The notes below the pieces were generated by a model, which saw nothing but the letters and a program-made list of their open reading frames with translations, was not told the DNA's origin and searched no databases. 64,000 nucleotides of DNA, from assembly GCA_045837725.1 (NCBI GenBank), contig JBEWZL010000209.1:434001-498000 (forward strand), given 5' to 3'. The DNA is from Vermamoeba vermiformis (Eukaryota). Made by a program: the position numbers and the translations under genes. Positions 10,481 through 23,202 of this stretch are shown piece after piece. Each line of letters opens with the position of its first letter. The stretch's first letter is position 1.

Positions 10481-13226
10481 TTAACATGAAGGGTTGGTAA
10501 TGTTTCGCAACGGCGTTCTTGTGGCGCTCAACTTCGAGGGAGATTTCGTGATCGTTGTTGGCGGAAGATGAACGCGAGTCTCCTCTTCAGACAACTCCCA
10601 ACTATCGTCGTCCAAATCCAAATGGTTTCCGAGAACGTAAAGAGTAATAATACTCGGTTTGATGTGTTTCATCGCGTAAAAGAAATTGTGTTCTTTTGCT
10701 TGCTCGGCAGTAATCCTCTTCGCCGGATCCAATTCCAAACATTTCCAGATCAAGTCGAATAGCAGTTCCACGATAGGATAAGACGGCAATTGTCTACATA
10801 TCTAGGTTAGCAACCTACTAGTACTACAGAAAAGTCATTAGGACTTACTCTTGTCGCTTGGCAATTGCACTGCGAAGGTCTGGTGCGTGAGCCACGTCAT
10901 TAAGTCTGAAGAACTAATATCCAGCCAATTAGTATTGCAAAATCTACGAGATTTCAAATATCATTACACACCGTATTAAAGACGAAGACGCCCCAAGACC
11001 ACATGTCCATCGCCGGTGTCAAACAGCCCTCCCACACTTCAGGAGCGATGTAAACCTTTGTACCACGAGCACCTTTCGCTGTCATAAACGATTAGCTGGT
11101 TAAACCTTAGCCTTGTGTTGTCACTTACGAGGATTATCAGCAAAAAAAGAGCTATCAAAATCGATTAAGTAAGGCTTGAAGCCATAGGTTCCAGTAGAAT
11201 CCCAATCCGTACTCTTGAGCTCCACCACAATGTTGTCCGATTTGACGTCTGCGTGCACAATGCCACGGCCATGAAGATAACAAAGTGCTTCAAGCACACC
11301 ATAGACGGTGCTTGTGTTGTCAAAGGCTGATCTGCGCAACTCTATGTGTGCAGGTGACTTGAGCGGCATGATCATCAAATACTCGGAGTCTGATTGGCCT
11401 CGGATCCAATTAACGGGCTTGAGTATGTTCGGGTGGTCCAGTGACAATAGGAGTTGATATTCAAAAGGCAAAGTACCGTCCTCACTGATGCGGCAAACCT
11501 AATTTTTTCACGGTTAGAACACAAGGGCTTGATGGTCCTACGAACTAATTGAAATACCTTTGCAAAGTAACTTTTGTTGCGGTTGCATTGCTCCAATATC
11601 AATGCCTTGGCCGACACTACATCCGTGACCACGCACTTCTCCGAACCAATCATAATCGTACTGTGCTTGCGTAGTGGTGGGCCAGAATAATTCGTTGATG
11701 GATTGCTAGATCCCTTTCCCTTGTCATCTCCTCCTTTCTTTTCTTCGTTTCCGCCATCACGCTTGCCATCTGGCTTGTCTTGTTTCTTAGTTTTGCCAAA
11801 TCCATCAACGTCGGGTTTTTGCGGCGTGCTTTGATGTGTGGTGAATGAGAGTGTTTCCTTGCGCGCCTTCCAAGTGCGCATGATGCTAATGTGGCAGAAA
11901 ATAGTCACGAGCACCAAGATGATGTCTTTGTAGTTAGCCTTGTTGTACTCAACACTGAACAGCTGTCGCGCTGGGTCTTGTTGCTGAGTTGGAAGTATAA
12001 ATGACGATTGATACAGGCGCCGGCTCTTGATTTTAGACTGTTGTATGTGCTCTGTCGAGCCTCCCTGTAACTCCAACGTTGCGTTGTTGAGCGTGACTGA
12101 CATCTTCGAGCCTCCGTTCACAATGCCATAACAAAACGCGTCGTTAATCTCGCATTTGGAGAGCGAGAAGGTTGTGGCCATGCGAGTCTCGGCAAGTACT
12201 TTGACGGAGTCTTTGTGCACATCAAACCCCGCCTCTTCGGCGCCGTTCTCGACAATGACAGCAGGCACATTAAGACCAGCTGTCTTGGTTGGCACGGATA
12301 TCAGCAAATCCGGGTACAATTGCAGTCGCTCATATTTAGCACCTGGTGGCTTGCACATAAGCTGTTTGTCGCTGTTTGACGTTAGAAAGTACACTTCAAT
12401 ATTGCAAGTACTTACGCTACTTGCGGCAGGTCGGCAAAGAAATGATGCAACGCTGCATACCACTTCACTTCTTTGTCCAATTCGGTCCATTCAGAACTCT
12501 CTTTCGCGTGTGTGACGAGCAGATCCCAAATCATTGCTGCCTTTTTAGGGAAGTTTGTCGGCAGCCCTGCGTGAGCTTCAGTAGACAATTCAAGGAAAAA
12601 CTTCTCCAACACTGGCTGGATCGGGAGGATCTCATCCTCGGGTACGTTAAAGTCACGCCATAGACTTGCGAACGCAAACAAGGCCGGATTGTAAATTTTT
12701 TGATGAAGCCGTCCAATTGTTTGCGTTGGTGTTTCCAAGGAAATTCCCCACTTCGATAAGAAGTCTCGACCGCTAAGTCATTAATTAGACAACCGCAGAT
12801 TCATTGTTGCTAAGCTTACTCTTTATATGGACCACCAATATCTCTAACTAGAAATTGCGCCCATGGAGATGCTTCTGTGTCAGTCGTTGGAGCTGCGATC
12901 GAGCTTTCTATTGGCCAGTCTGAAATTTAATTTTTGGTTAAATCCTGATCCAATATCTGCCAAGGCGTATTCGCTTACCTGGAACGGAGGTTTGTGGCTC
13001 CTGAAAATGAAGAAGCCGAAAAACAACCGGCCAATTTAGTGATCTCGCCAAACCCGAAATATAGTCCGCTTTGGAGAAGGCGCTATGACCTTTTGCACCT
13101 ACTGCTATTGAATAGGCACTTCTTAGAGACTCGGTTGTGTAACGCATCAAATACACTACAAAAAAAACAAAATATAAGCTTAAAAAATAATATTAACGAC
13201 CTACTTATTCTCTGCTCCTCTGCCAT
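10481..13226 (-). CDS. Multi-exon Ser/Thr protein kinase with a long N-terminal region (possible PD-(D/E)xK-like domain)
   Basis: Kinase motifs across exons: HPNIL, YLHGRGIVHADVKSDN, DFD, GTKVYIAPE, DMWSWG, KCLELDPAKRITAEQA. Upstream ORFs 11375..12490, 12412..12738 and 12938..13156; the start codon is approximate. Confidence 0.75.
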
Positions 13227-14004
13227 TGATGCTGGATCGACTAATTATTTCATTTAGTATTTTTGGGTTTTGCAAAAATCGTACAATCCGGCGCGTGAAC
13301 GTTGATTCCTTTCTCTTTCAACTGTTGATTGCTGCACTGAGCTCCTAAAAATATATGTTGAGTATTTACGCTACTAGTTTCGCAAATGTTACCTTGCTGG
13401 GCTTCACTGGGATTTGCACCGCCTTGAGACCTTTCCATTTTAGCGTGCTACTAACCTCCGTTGTTATGTTATTTACAGCGATATATATAAAGATATTGTT
13501 GTGTGGCCACATAAAAGAGAAGACAAAAAAAATGGCGCCCTCAGAAGAACATTTGCAAGTTATGTCAAAAAATTAGAAATCAATTTCGAGTTGCAATATC
13601 TTAATGCGGCTAATTGGCTGAAGTAGTGCCTTAAATTAATAATTTTTTTCTTCGATTAGGGGCGTAGTGACCAATCGTCACGAAGAAATTTCAGAGTCGA
13701 CGAAGCCATTGGGCATGAATACAGTACATTTACGTTATGGGCACAATGTCCCTTCGATAGCTTAACCGGGCGACAATGCAATAAAAAGCTTGTAGATTGA
13801 ACTGTCAAATCTGATCTGAAAGTTGGTGCCTGGATCTTCGTCTCTGAAGAACCGACGAAGAAGACCTTCGTTGGTGCTCTAAATTTAAAGTATTTAGCGT
13901 AATCGTCGTAATATTTGGCGTTCTGATTCTATTCTGACTGCCGTGACAGGCGAAAAAGGAGCAGTCGCGTAAATCAATTTTAAAAGGACAACACGAGCAC
14001 GAAG

Positions 14005-16284
14005 ATGAGTCTCTTAATGATGCAAAAGTTCCACGTCAGAAATGTATTCAAGCTACTGCTCCCATTGCAAAGCAACGAATTTCCAAATGTTGATCTGAAC
14101 ACGACAGCTTCAAATTTTGGCTTTACATTGACGTATCCAAGCACTGCAACATCATACCACTACAGGCTAAATTTATATTCGAATTTTCGAGTGGCTCGTA
14201 ATCAAAAAAACCGAGAAGAAGCATTTACAACACTTTTAGAATGGGCCAAAAAGAACCCCACGACATGTCGAATAGCCAGTAACAATACCTCAATAGAAGG
14301 TATCGAATTGCACCTTAGAGTTGGCCCTGGCTTTGATTTCAGAAAAGTTCCGAAGAGATACGTCAGATTCGAAATCGAATGCTTTGCTTCTGGAACATTT
14401 CAATGCAAAGCCTCTTCAAAAATATGTCAGCTGTTAGGAAAGCGTAGAACTGCGCAGTCTTCGGACGTGGATCAAGGTAAAAATCGAACCTCATACAGTT
14501 TCCGTAATTTATACGCGCATTAAATTTCACAATATAATTGTCTATTATTAGTAGGGAATTTTTAGACATTTTAGCATTTAATTAATGATTTTTCCGTTCT
14601 AGTCACTATCCCGCTGATTTGGCAAGATGCAGATCTCAACAACTTCAATATAGACTTAGAAATCGATGAATTGCTAAGCAGTTTTTCAAAAGAAGAAGAT
14701 AGCCCATCGTCCGTATCCGAATACAAGCAACTTTCTGACACCTCACCTTTGGCGCATGAGCACGTGGTTGAGATGTTTGACTCGCCCCTAGAAATTACTC
14801 CTTCTCCTGACATCCATGAGGCACAAGACCTTTTACAGTACGTCGCGGTCACTAACGTTTTTTGAACCTATCTAACTCGTGTCGAATAGCGGGGGGTACG
14901 AGAACCATTCAAACTCTTCTATTTCCAACTACGTGCCCGAGTCACCCGTGTACGATATGATGGTGCCGCTTCCTCATGATGAACAATACATGGTGCTGTA
15001 CAACGGCAATGCAGAGGTCGTGGGCAACTTCAGAGCACTCAACTTCTACAAGGCGTCTGATATCAATATTAAAGAAGACATCAGGTTACTTATCGAAGGT
15101 ACGCGATATATTCAGTTAACGCACTTAATGAGCTGCCTTACTAACTAGTTGATGCTTAAACAGATCGCGACCCACGCAACGTTATTCTGAAGATCGATGG
15201 TGTTGAATACAAGTTCAAAGACAATGTTCAGCACTCAACAAACAAACGATTCGTTGGTTACATTGCACAACAAATCGAAAGTGTTGTTCCTGAAGCAGTT
15301 CAGTTGATCGATGGCATTCTTCATGTGGACTACGAGTCATTGATTCCTTACCTCAGTGAATCGATCAAACAGAACTTCAATGACATTCAAGGCATCAAAT
15401 CTGACACGAAGAGGCTCGAAGCACTATTGGACAAGTTGTACGAGCAATTTACGAAGACTGACACTCCCGCTAAACCAAAGCACCACCACACAAAGCACGA
15501 TAGATCTCCCTCAAGATTTCGCTCAAAGTGGACGTGGCTTGCTGGCGTTGTGTTCTTAGTCCTATTAGGAGCCACAGCAGTGACTGTCGGATTGTTAATG
15601 ATGAGCGGAGGCCATGACATTAAGCCTTCACCTGTTCCTCGTAGCGACAGTGCTACGAAATTGGGGCTAAAGTCCTTCTATACAACGATGAACGGAGATA
15701 ATTGGAAGATAAAAACAAATTGGATTAGCGATAGTTCGATTTGCGAATGGTACGGCATCACTTGTCAAGAGCCAATCTCAGACGAACTTATTACAGCTAT
15801 CAAATTACCTGACAACAATCTTCATGGCGAACTCGTCGAGCAAGCAATACTGTTCAATATCAGCACGCTTCGTGAAGTCGACTTCAGTCAAAACAACATC
15901 AGATCCGACATTGCAAAACTATCGGTGTCGATCTCGCGTTTGAATCTGGCAGAAAATGACATTACGGCCGATATAAGAAACTTCAATCAGCTAACGAATA
16001 TTCAATATTTGAACTTGGCATATACAAAAGTCTACGGAGAGTTCAGCTTTTCCGTCCGTCAACTCGGAACTCTAAAAGCACTGAACGTGTCACACTCTGC
16101 GCTGTCAAGTTACACGCCAGGACTCATGACTGACATTGAGATTGACGCGTGTGATTGGAGTGAGATACCAAACTTGATGTGCGACGGTCCTGAGTGCGTA
16201 GAGCACGACGGCACGATGAAGTGTGATGTTCCTAGATGGCTTACGAGGTGTGGAGGAACTTGTCGATGGTCAAATGGCTTGTAA
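14005..16284 (+). CDS. Array copy 4: FDFRK domain (family B) - S74 - TM - short LRR ectodomain
   Basis: ORFs 14005..14523, 14671..14865, 14879..15148 and 15304..16284 with conserved intron positions and motifs. Confidence 0.87.
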
Positions 16285-16588
16285 TGAAGGAAGCTTGAAT
16301 GTGCAATTGAAGTGGATCGAGAAACGTTTGAAATGATTTATTAGCCTGAAGAGCGGAAGAGGCAATTGGAACTTTTCGTTTTGGTCCCGTGTTGTAATGT
16401 ACCATAAATTTAGTCACATTTTGTGGCCGAATCTCACTTCTAAATTTGGAGATTTTGTCCAATTAAATTGCGCTCTTGTGGAAATTTCAAAAACAAGTAC
16501 GTCGTTGGGACTGACAAGTGACACCGACAATTAAATCAATATACAGTCCGTTGATACGCCACCACCATCATGTTTCGATAACATTTAA

Positions 16589-19145
16589 ATGCAGAAAATA
16601 CATGTACGCAATATTTTTTGTTTGGTAGTGCCATTTCAAAGTCACGAATTACCGAACGTAGATCTGAATACAGCCACATCCAACTTTGGCTTCACAATAA
16701 CTTACCCCAGCAATGCAACGCCAATTCATTATAGAGTTAATTTATATTCTGACTTCAAGCGAGTTCCAGGACAAAGAAAGCAAGAAGTTGAATACACTTC
16801 GCTTATGCAATGGGCCAAGAAAACACCAATTACATTTCAAAAAAACGTAAATAATAATAATGCAATAGATTCTGTAATTTTACGCCTTCGAATTGGCCCT
16901 GGATTCGATTTCAGAAAAGTTCAAAAGAGATTTGTCAGATTCGGCGTTGAATGCTTTGTTTCTGGAACCTGCCAACGGAAAGCGACGTCCCGTAATTGCA
17001 AGTTACTAAGCAAACGCCGAATAGCAATATCAACCGAGGTTGACGAAGGTGAGATAAGCTTTTTAATTGCCGAACAAATAATTTTCGTAATTTCGATTAA
17101 ATATTTGAAGCCACCCTAAAACATCATGATTTAATTTGCTGATAAAGCAAAATTCTTTCGATTTTTTCTGCAATTTTTTGATTCATTGTTTTTAGTTATG
17201 ATCCCGATGATTTGGCAAGAAGATGCGAGCTACGAGCTGATTGATTTCGATCTACCAAACGTTGAAGAGCTACTACAACTAACATATTCGGCTAATCTCG
17301 AAGGCATCAATGCTAGTCCCTCATCAGAGTCTCTAGGCCAGAATAGTTCCGAGAGCGATCTGGTCCTTCATTCACACGAAGATCCAGCAGCAGAAATTAC
17401 TACAACACCAACGCATACACAAGAACAAGAAGAGTTATTATCGTAAGTAGCCTCAATAATGTTGTGTTGGTTCATTTCGACTCATCGTTCGTGGCCAGGA
17501 TCTATTCGCATGACGCGATGATGATGCAACAGTACGACCATCAAGTTAATAGCAATAATAATAACGAACAATACATGGTGCTGTACAACGGCAACGCAGA
17601 AGTTGTGGGCAACTTCAGAGCACTCAACTTCTACAAGGCATCTGATATCAATATTAAAGAAGACATCAGATTGCTCGTGGAAGGTACGTTAATGGTTTAA
17701 AAAGGTTTGCAAATAATTTTATTGACTTAATCTCTACAGATGACGATCCACGTGACGTTCTTCTGAAGATCTCAGGAGTGTCGTACAAATTCAAACCAGG
17801 CACAACACACTCCACTCAACGACGATTCGTTGGTTACATTGCACAACAAATCGAAAGTGTTGTTCCTGAAGCAGTTCAGTTGATCGATGGCATTCTTCAT
17901 GTGGACTATGAATCGTTAATACCGTACCTCAGTGAATCAGTCAAGAAAAATTTCGTAGATATTAACACTATGAAATCCGAGCAGTATCGCATCAAAATGA
18001 TCGTAGACATGCTTTATGAAGACTTTATGAAGCGAGAACGCGTTGAAAAGACGGAGAAACAGACCACAAAAACCCACGTGTCACCCGCACTTGATGACAA
18101 ATCAGAGACCAAATACCAGCGAACAAAAGTCTGGCACAAAGTTTTATTAGCTATACTCGGCACTGTCGTTGTAATATCAGCGATATTGGTCGGATTGTAC
18201 TTTATGATGGACCACAGTAGTCCCATCAACACTAATCCTGACAACTCAACGCCGACACCGATAGTAGTCGAACCACCGCATAGTTTGGATACTGACAGAC
18301 AAGTACTGATAGATTTATATATTGCGACAAATGGAGGCAGTTGGAACGTGTCAAAGAGCATTGAACCGACGGATCGGAGTGGCATTCGATGGTTCTCGGA
18401 TGTTCCGATGTGCACGTGGGCCGGTGTTGGGTGTAAGAAGAATAGAGTGAATTATATTAATTTAAATGGATTCAATCTTCACGGAACAATTCCAGAATCA
18501 ATTGGCAAACTGGATGCGGTCGAAAATTTGTCGTTAGAGAAGAACAATCTTACCGGAACCATTCCAGCGTCAATAGCAAATATGAAGAAATTGACGTATT
18601 TATTTATCACAGCAAATCCACACTTATCAGGAACAATTCCTGACTTGCCGGTGACATTGCAAAGAGTGCACCTTCATCATTGCAATTTGACGGGAACAAT
18701 TCCCCTGTCAATTTTGAATTTGACAGCATTAAATGAATTGCGACTGAATACCAATCGACTGACAGGCACAATTCCGCCTTTTCAAGAATCGTTGGATTAC
18801 ATTTTCTTAGGAGAAAATCAATTAGAAGGCAGCGTACCAGTGTTGTCGCGTCAAGCCACGAATTATTTCTACGTTAATAGCAACAGACTTAACGGAACAT
18901 TAGAGAATTTGGCTGGACTTACATTTGGCGCTCTAGCGGTGGGAAATAATAATTTGACCGGAGACGCAGCGTGTTTTGACACCACAAAATTGGTTGGATT
19001 TTTTTTTCACAACAATCAATTCACTTCGTTCAACAGCTCAAAACCAAGGCCAGTGAATATATATCAAATTAGTGCTGCCAATAACCCGTTGAAATGCCCG
19101 ATTCCTGAGTGGCTTTCGAAAGAATTTAATGTATCTTGTACATAA
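16589..19145 (+). CDS. Array copy 5: FDFRK domain (family B) - S74 - TM - LRR
   Basis: ORFs 16589..17119, 17186..17446, 17464..17700 and 17778..19145. Confidence 0.87.
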
Positions 19146-19246
19146 ACTAACAATTTATCGCACAATGCTACATAATTACAAATAATACAAAATAATACAA
19201 TAATACAAATAATACATAATACAAAAATGCTCACTCGAGCCATAAC

Positions 19247-20071
19247 TTAGTTATTCTCTTGCTTACGGTTGATGAGATCGCTCCCCTTGTCCCACGCTTC
19301 ATACTTTCCTGCCATAAAATCCCACATTTTCTCGTAAAACACTGTGTTTGGACCAGTCAGCGAAAGTTCACCGAATAACTTCATCATTTTGGATTGATGA
19401 ACAGCAGCGTTGCCCTCTGCGATAACTTGTGGCACGATCACCGATAATTGAGCGTACGTGGGCAGTTCAAGTGCCTCGGTTTTCTTCCTCCAGTTATTGT
19501 AGTCTGTGCCGTCAAGCATGTGATAAAGATCTCCGGTTGAGGCCTGAGCTATTTCCTCGGACTTGAAGCCCAGTTCACGGAGAACCTAAATGATAGATCG
19601 AGTTAGCTTAATCGATGTATAGTGAAAACTATAATAACGTACCGCTTGCAAGTACTTCTGCCAAAAGTTTCTTCGCGAACTCAAATGAAACTTGTTCTTG
19701 AAGTACTTCACCTCTTCAGTAAGTTCTTGGATCTTCTCGTCTTGCTTTTGGCTCTTCTCGTCTTGCTTCTGGATCTTCTCGTCTTGTTTCTGGATCTTAT
19801 CGTCTTGCTTCTGGATCTTATCGTTTTGGGTCTTAAACTCGTTACGTAAATCTCCCATCTCCTTCATAAAATCCTGGATTTGCTGCTGCAAACCGCGATT
19901 CGTTTCGGCGCTGGCTGCCAACTCTCTTCTGTAGTCTCCATCCGGAACAATAGCTCCTTTGAATATTTCTGCTCTTAATCTAATGCTCTGAATCATTTTT
20001 TCGAGCTCCTTGACGATCTCAACCGGAAGATGAAGCAGGTGAATAATTCTACAATAATTAGTAAGTGCCAT
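19247..20071 (-). CDS. Hypothetical coiled-coil protein with a heptad repeat (at least 2 exons; 5' end uncertain)
   Basis: ORFs 19586..20083 and 19247..19519 are linked by a GT-AG intron; QKQD(D/E)KI repeats. Confidence 0.6.
19728..19828 (-). repeat. 21-bp coding tandem repeat (~5 units) encoding QKQD(D/E)K(I/S)
   Basis: Units like tggatcttctcgtcttgcttc are repeated directly on the + strand. Confidence 0.9.
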
Positions 20072-20432
20072 ATTAAATTGCATTTTTACAAGTAATTAAT
20101 ATTAATTTGTTCGTCAAGCAAATAATTAGTCAAAAGAAAAAAATATTGCAATATTTGATGCAAGATCAACCGCAGCTTTAAACAAAGAACAATAAGAATT
20201 ACCCGTTAAGCCAAATGCAAATTGCCTCAATAAGATTTAGCTCCGTTGCGCCTGGTGTGTTGATCCGAGGAACAAATCAGATTTTTGCAGGCGAGCCAAA
20301 CTCGGTTAGTGGTGCTCTTAAATTAACTTCTTTCTACAAACCAGCTTACGTCTATTTGCGTGATACGATTTTCATTGTATGGTACTATAGGGTCTTAGAT
20401 GCTTCTTTTTTCCAGATCGCGATCAATTATAT

Positions 20433-22597
20433 TTATCTGAGCATTTTGCGCTTATTCAACCTGTCAGGCAATTTGAACGCAAATACAGTCTGCAACAAAC
20501 TCATGGTGCCGATCAAATAGAACACGAATGAAATGTTGAGCGGATAAGACAAGCCATTCGTCAACGACCAGGCGAACAAAATTCCTCCAACTGCCGGACC
20601 AAATGTTCGTGCAAAAGCCTGTAACGACATACGCCGTTAATAAAAAGAATTGGGAGCAACGAGATTTCACTATAGTCACTTACCGCAGTTGATTGACCTA
20701 AACCGTTTGCCGATCCCAATCGATCTTTGGTCACAGAATTGGTGATCTGTTGGTTAATATTAATGTTAATGAAAGTAAGGTAAAAAAGTCGGTTCATGTA
20801 GTGCGTACCATAACAAAAGTGCTCGTGAAGGCAAGTGTGTTGCCGAATGTACGAGTGGCCATAGTGAGCAACAATACAATCCACAAGGCCACAGGTGACT
20901 CGACAAAGGAGTTCACTGCAGGCGTAAGGAAGTAACTCTAATATAGTTGTTAGTGACACGTGTCAAATGTCATTCAAAGTTGGGATCTTACAATCGCAAC
21001 GATGGCGCTGCCAATTTGATTAGTTCTAACAGGACCAATCTTTCGATCAAGAACTGGGATCAAAAACAAGTTGATATTGATCGTCATGATTCCTTGCACG
21101 ATCAAAGATAAGCCTAAATGACACGGTCAGAAATTAATTCTGAGAATATTCATGGTCAACGTACCGATTCGTTTTTCGTCAAATCCAATGCCGCCGAGGT
21201 CCACTGATGTTAAGCAAAACAGTGAAAACACTTCATCGAAGATAATCGAGATAATTGCTAATATTCCGTACATTCCGATCGCGGAGGCAGGTGCAAAGTC
21301 CGTACATAACGAAACAAATGCACTGGCTCTAAATTTCTGCCACAATCGATTCAATCGTGGATCTATATTACTATTAGCCTACTAACTAATTTATAAGTAT
21401 TACTTGTCTACGTACATTTAGAGCCGTAATCTTGCCACGTGAACTGCTCGTTTTCAAATGCCTCTAATTCGATCGAATCCACATCTAACGAAGTCATTTT
21501 GTCGCTCGGACTAAGTTTCTTTTGCGCTAGTGTTTCGGTCAAATATAAATAACCTGTCACTAAGCCAATCGAAGTAAACATTGCAGTGATCATGCACGGC
21601 ATTAAATATGGGAATGTTCTGAAGAACCAAACATTCCAGCCGAACTGTTTAGCCGGATCTGACATCATTCCACCGATGATTGGTCCGCTGTATGAAATAA
21701 AATTGATAAATTTTTCAGTCTTACTGAAACTTTTGTATTGAGACTTACATAATGACGCCAACACCCCAAGTGATCGAAATGATGCTCAATCCCTTAGCTT
21801 GATTAGTTTCATCTGTAATTTCACCAAGATAAGTCTTGGCAACGCCAATATTTCCGTTCAATAATCCACTGAACAAACGCGAGGTAATTGCCATGGCCAA
21901 GTTCTGGCTCATGCCGAAGAGTAACATGGTAATGATATTGCCTACGAGTCCTAGCAATAATATAGGCCGTCGGCCTTTCTTATCTGATAGCCATCCCCAA
22001 AACATACTGTAATTTGTAAGTCAGTTTCCTAATATGGAAATTCATATTTTGCGCACTAGATAATTACCTTGAAACAAATTGTGCCAAATGAAAACAACTG
22101 GCTATAAATCCAGCATAATAACCAACTTCATCTTTTTCATATCCAAAACTTGCGACCTACTCACAAAGCATTAAAACTGCTCGATCTCAAATTTTTAAGA
22201 TCCGAAAACAGAAAATGAAACATACCATAAAGCCGACAAAAGGAAAAAGCATCGTTGTTGTTATTGATTCGGTTAATAATATAATAATCAGTGGTATTAA
22301 TCTTTTCATGGGTAAAGGCGTTGGCGCAGATCTGATCAAGGCAATATTTACAGGATTGGGATCGTGCGGTGTTGATTGTACATCTTCTACATCTATGTAA
22401 ATTATTATGATTATTTGTTGCAATTGGTTTAAGCTACCTTCACTCGCGCGACGTGGTGTCGAATCCGGCCTATCATCAACAGGGAATGTAATATCAGACG
22501 TTGTGTCTAGATCTATCGCTTCTAGATCATCTTCTATATCGAGGGCATTGTGTTGTGGTAATTTCTGGCTTTGTATCGTTGAGGTATTGTTGCCCAT
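20433..22597 (-). CDS. Major facilitator superfamily transporter (ZIFL/TetA-like), multi-exon
   Basis: MFS motif A WGWLSDKKGRRPILL; SRLFSGLLNGNIGVAKTYLGEITDETNQAKG; GPIIGGMMSDPA; ARTFGPAVGGILFAW. Confidence 0.9.
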
Positions 22598-23202
22598 TTG
22601 GATTTGTCCTTTGGCTTTTCTTTAATTAGAAACCGATAGGTTATTAAATACCACCAATAAATATTATAATTATTTGCCGAAGTAGATCGCTATTAAGTAG
22701 CTTTCTATTATTTTTAACAGATCGCAACTTTTCCGTTGCACAATCGAAGGTTCTAGATTATTGAGATTGATGTCAAATATTCGACGATAAATGGTTGTAA
22801 TTTATCCGTACTGTTGAAAAATATATTTCATATAGGGATGTATCCGTTACAAAGTTTCGTGAATTGTAACCGTTCAACAGGATTTACTTCGGAATAATTT
22901 TTCTGTAAATTATATTTGTGTTTTTGGTCTGACTTACAACTTTCGAGGTGGGATCAGTTTCTAGCCGCTGATAAGCAGGATCCAACCTTCGCTCAATGTA
23001 GCGTGTTAATAAAAAAACACTTGGTGCTATCGAAACAGCGCCAAAGATGAATAAGCACACCTAACAACAGCGAATTTTACCTTCACATCGTATTGAAATT
23101 CCGTTTCTACGATTAGTCCAGTGAAGGGTTAGGATCACGCGCCAAATAAAGAGTGTTACTTCTTTACTACTATTTACATGTAATATTACAAGATGAGTAC
23201 GC

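Noticed and set aside
19170-19227. AATAC(A)-type degenerate tandem repeat between convergent genes
   Set aside because: Short low-complexity 3' UTR sequence with no evidence of function.
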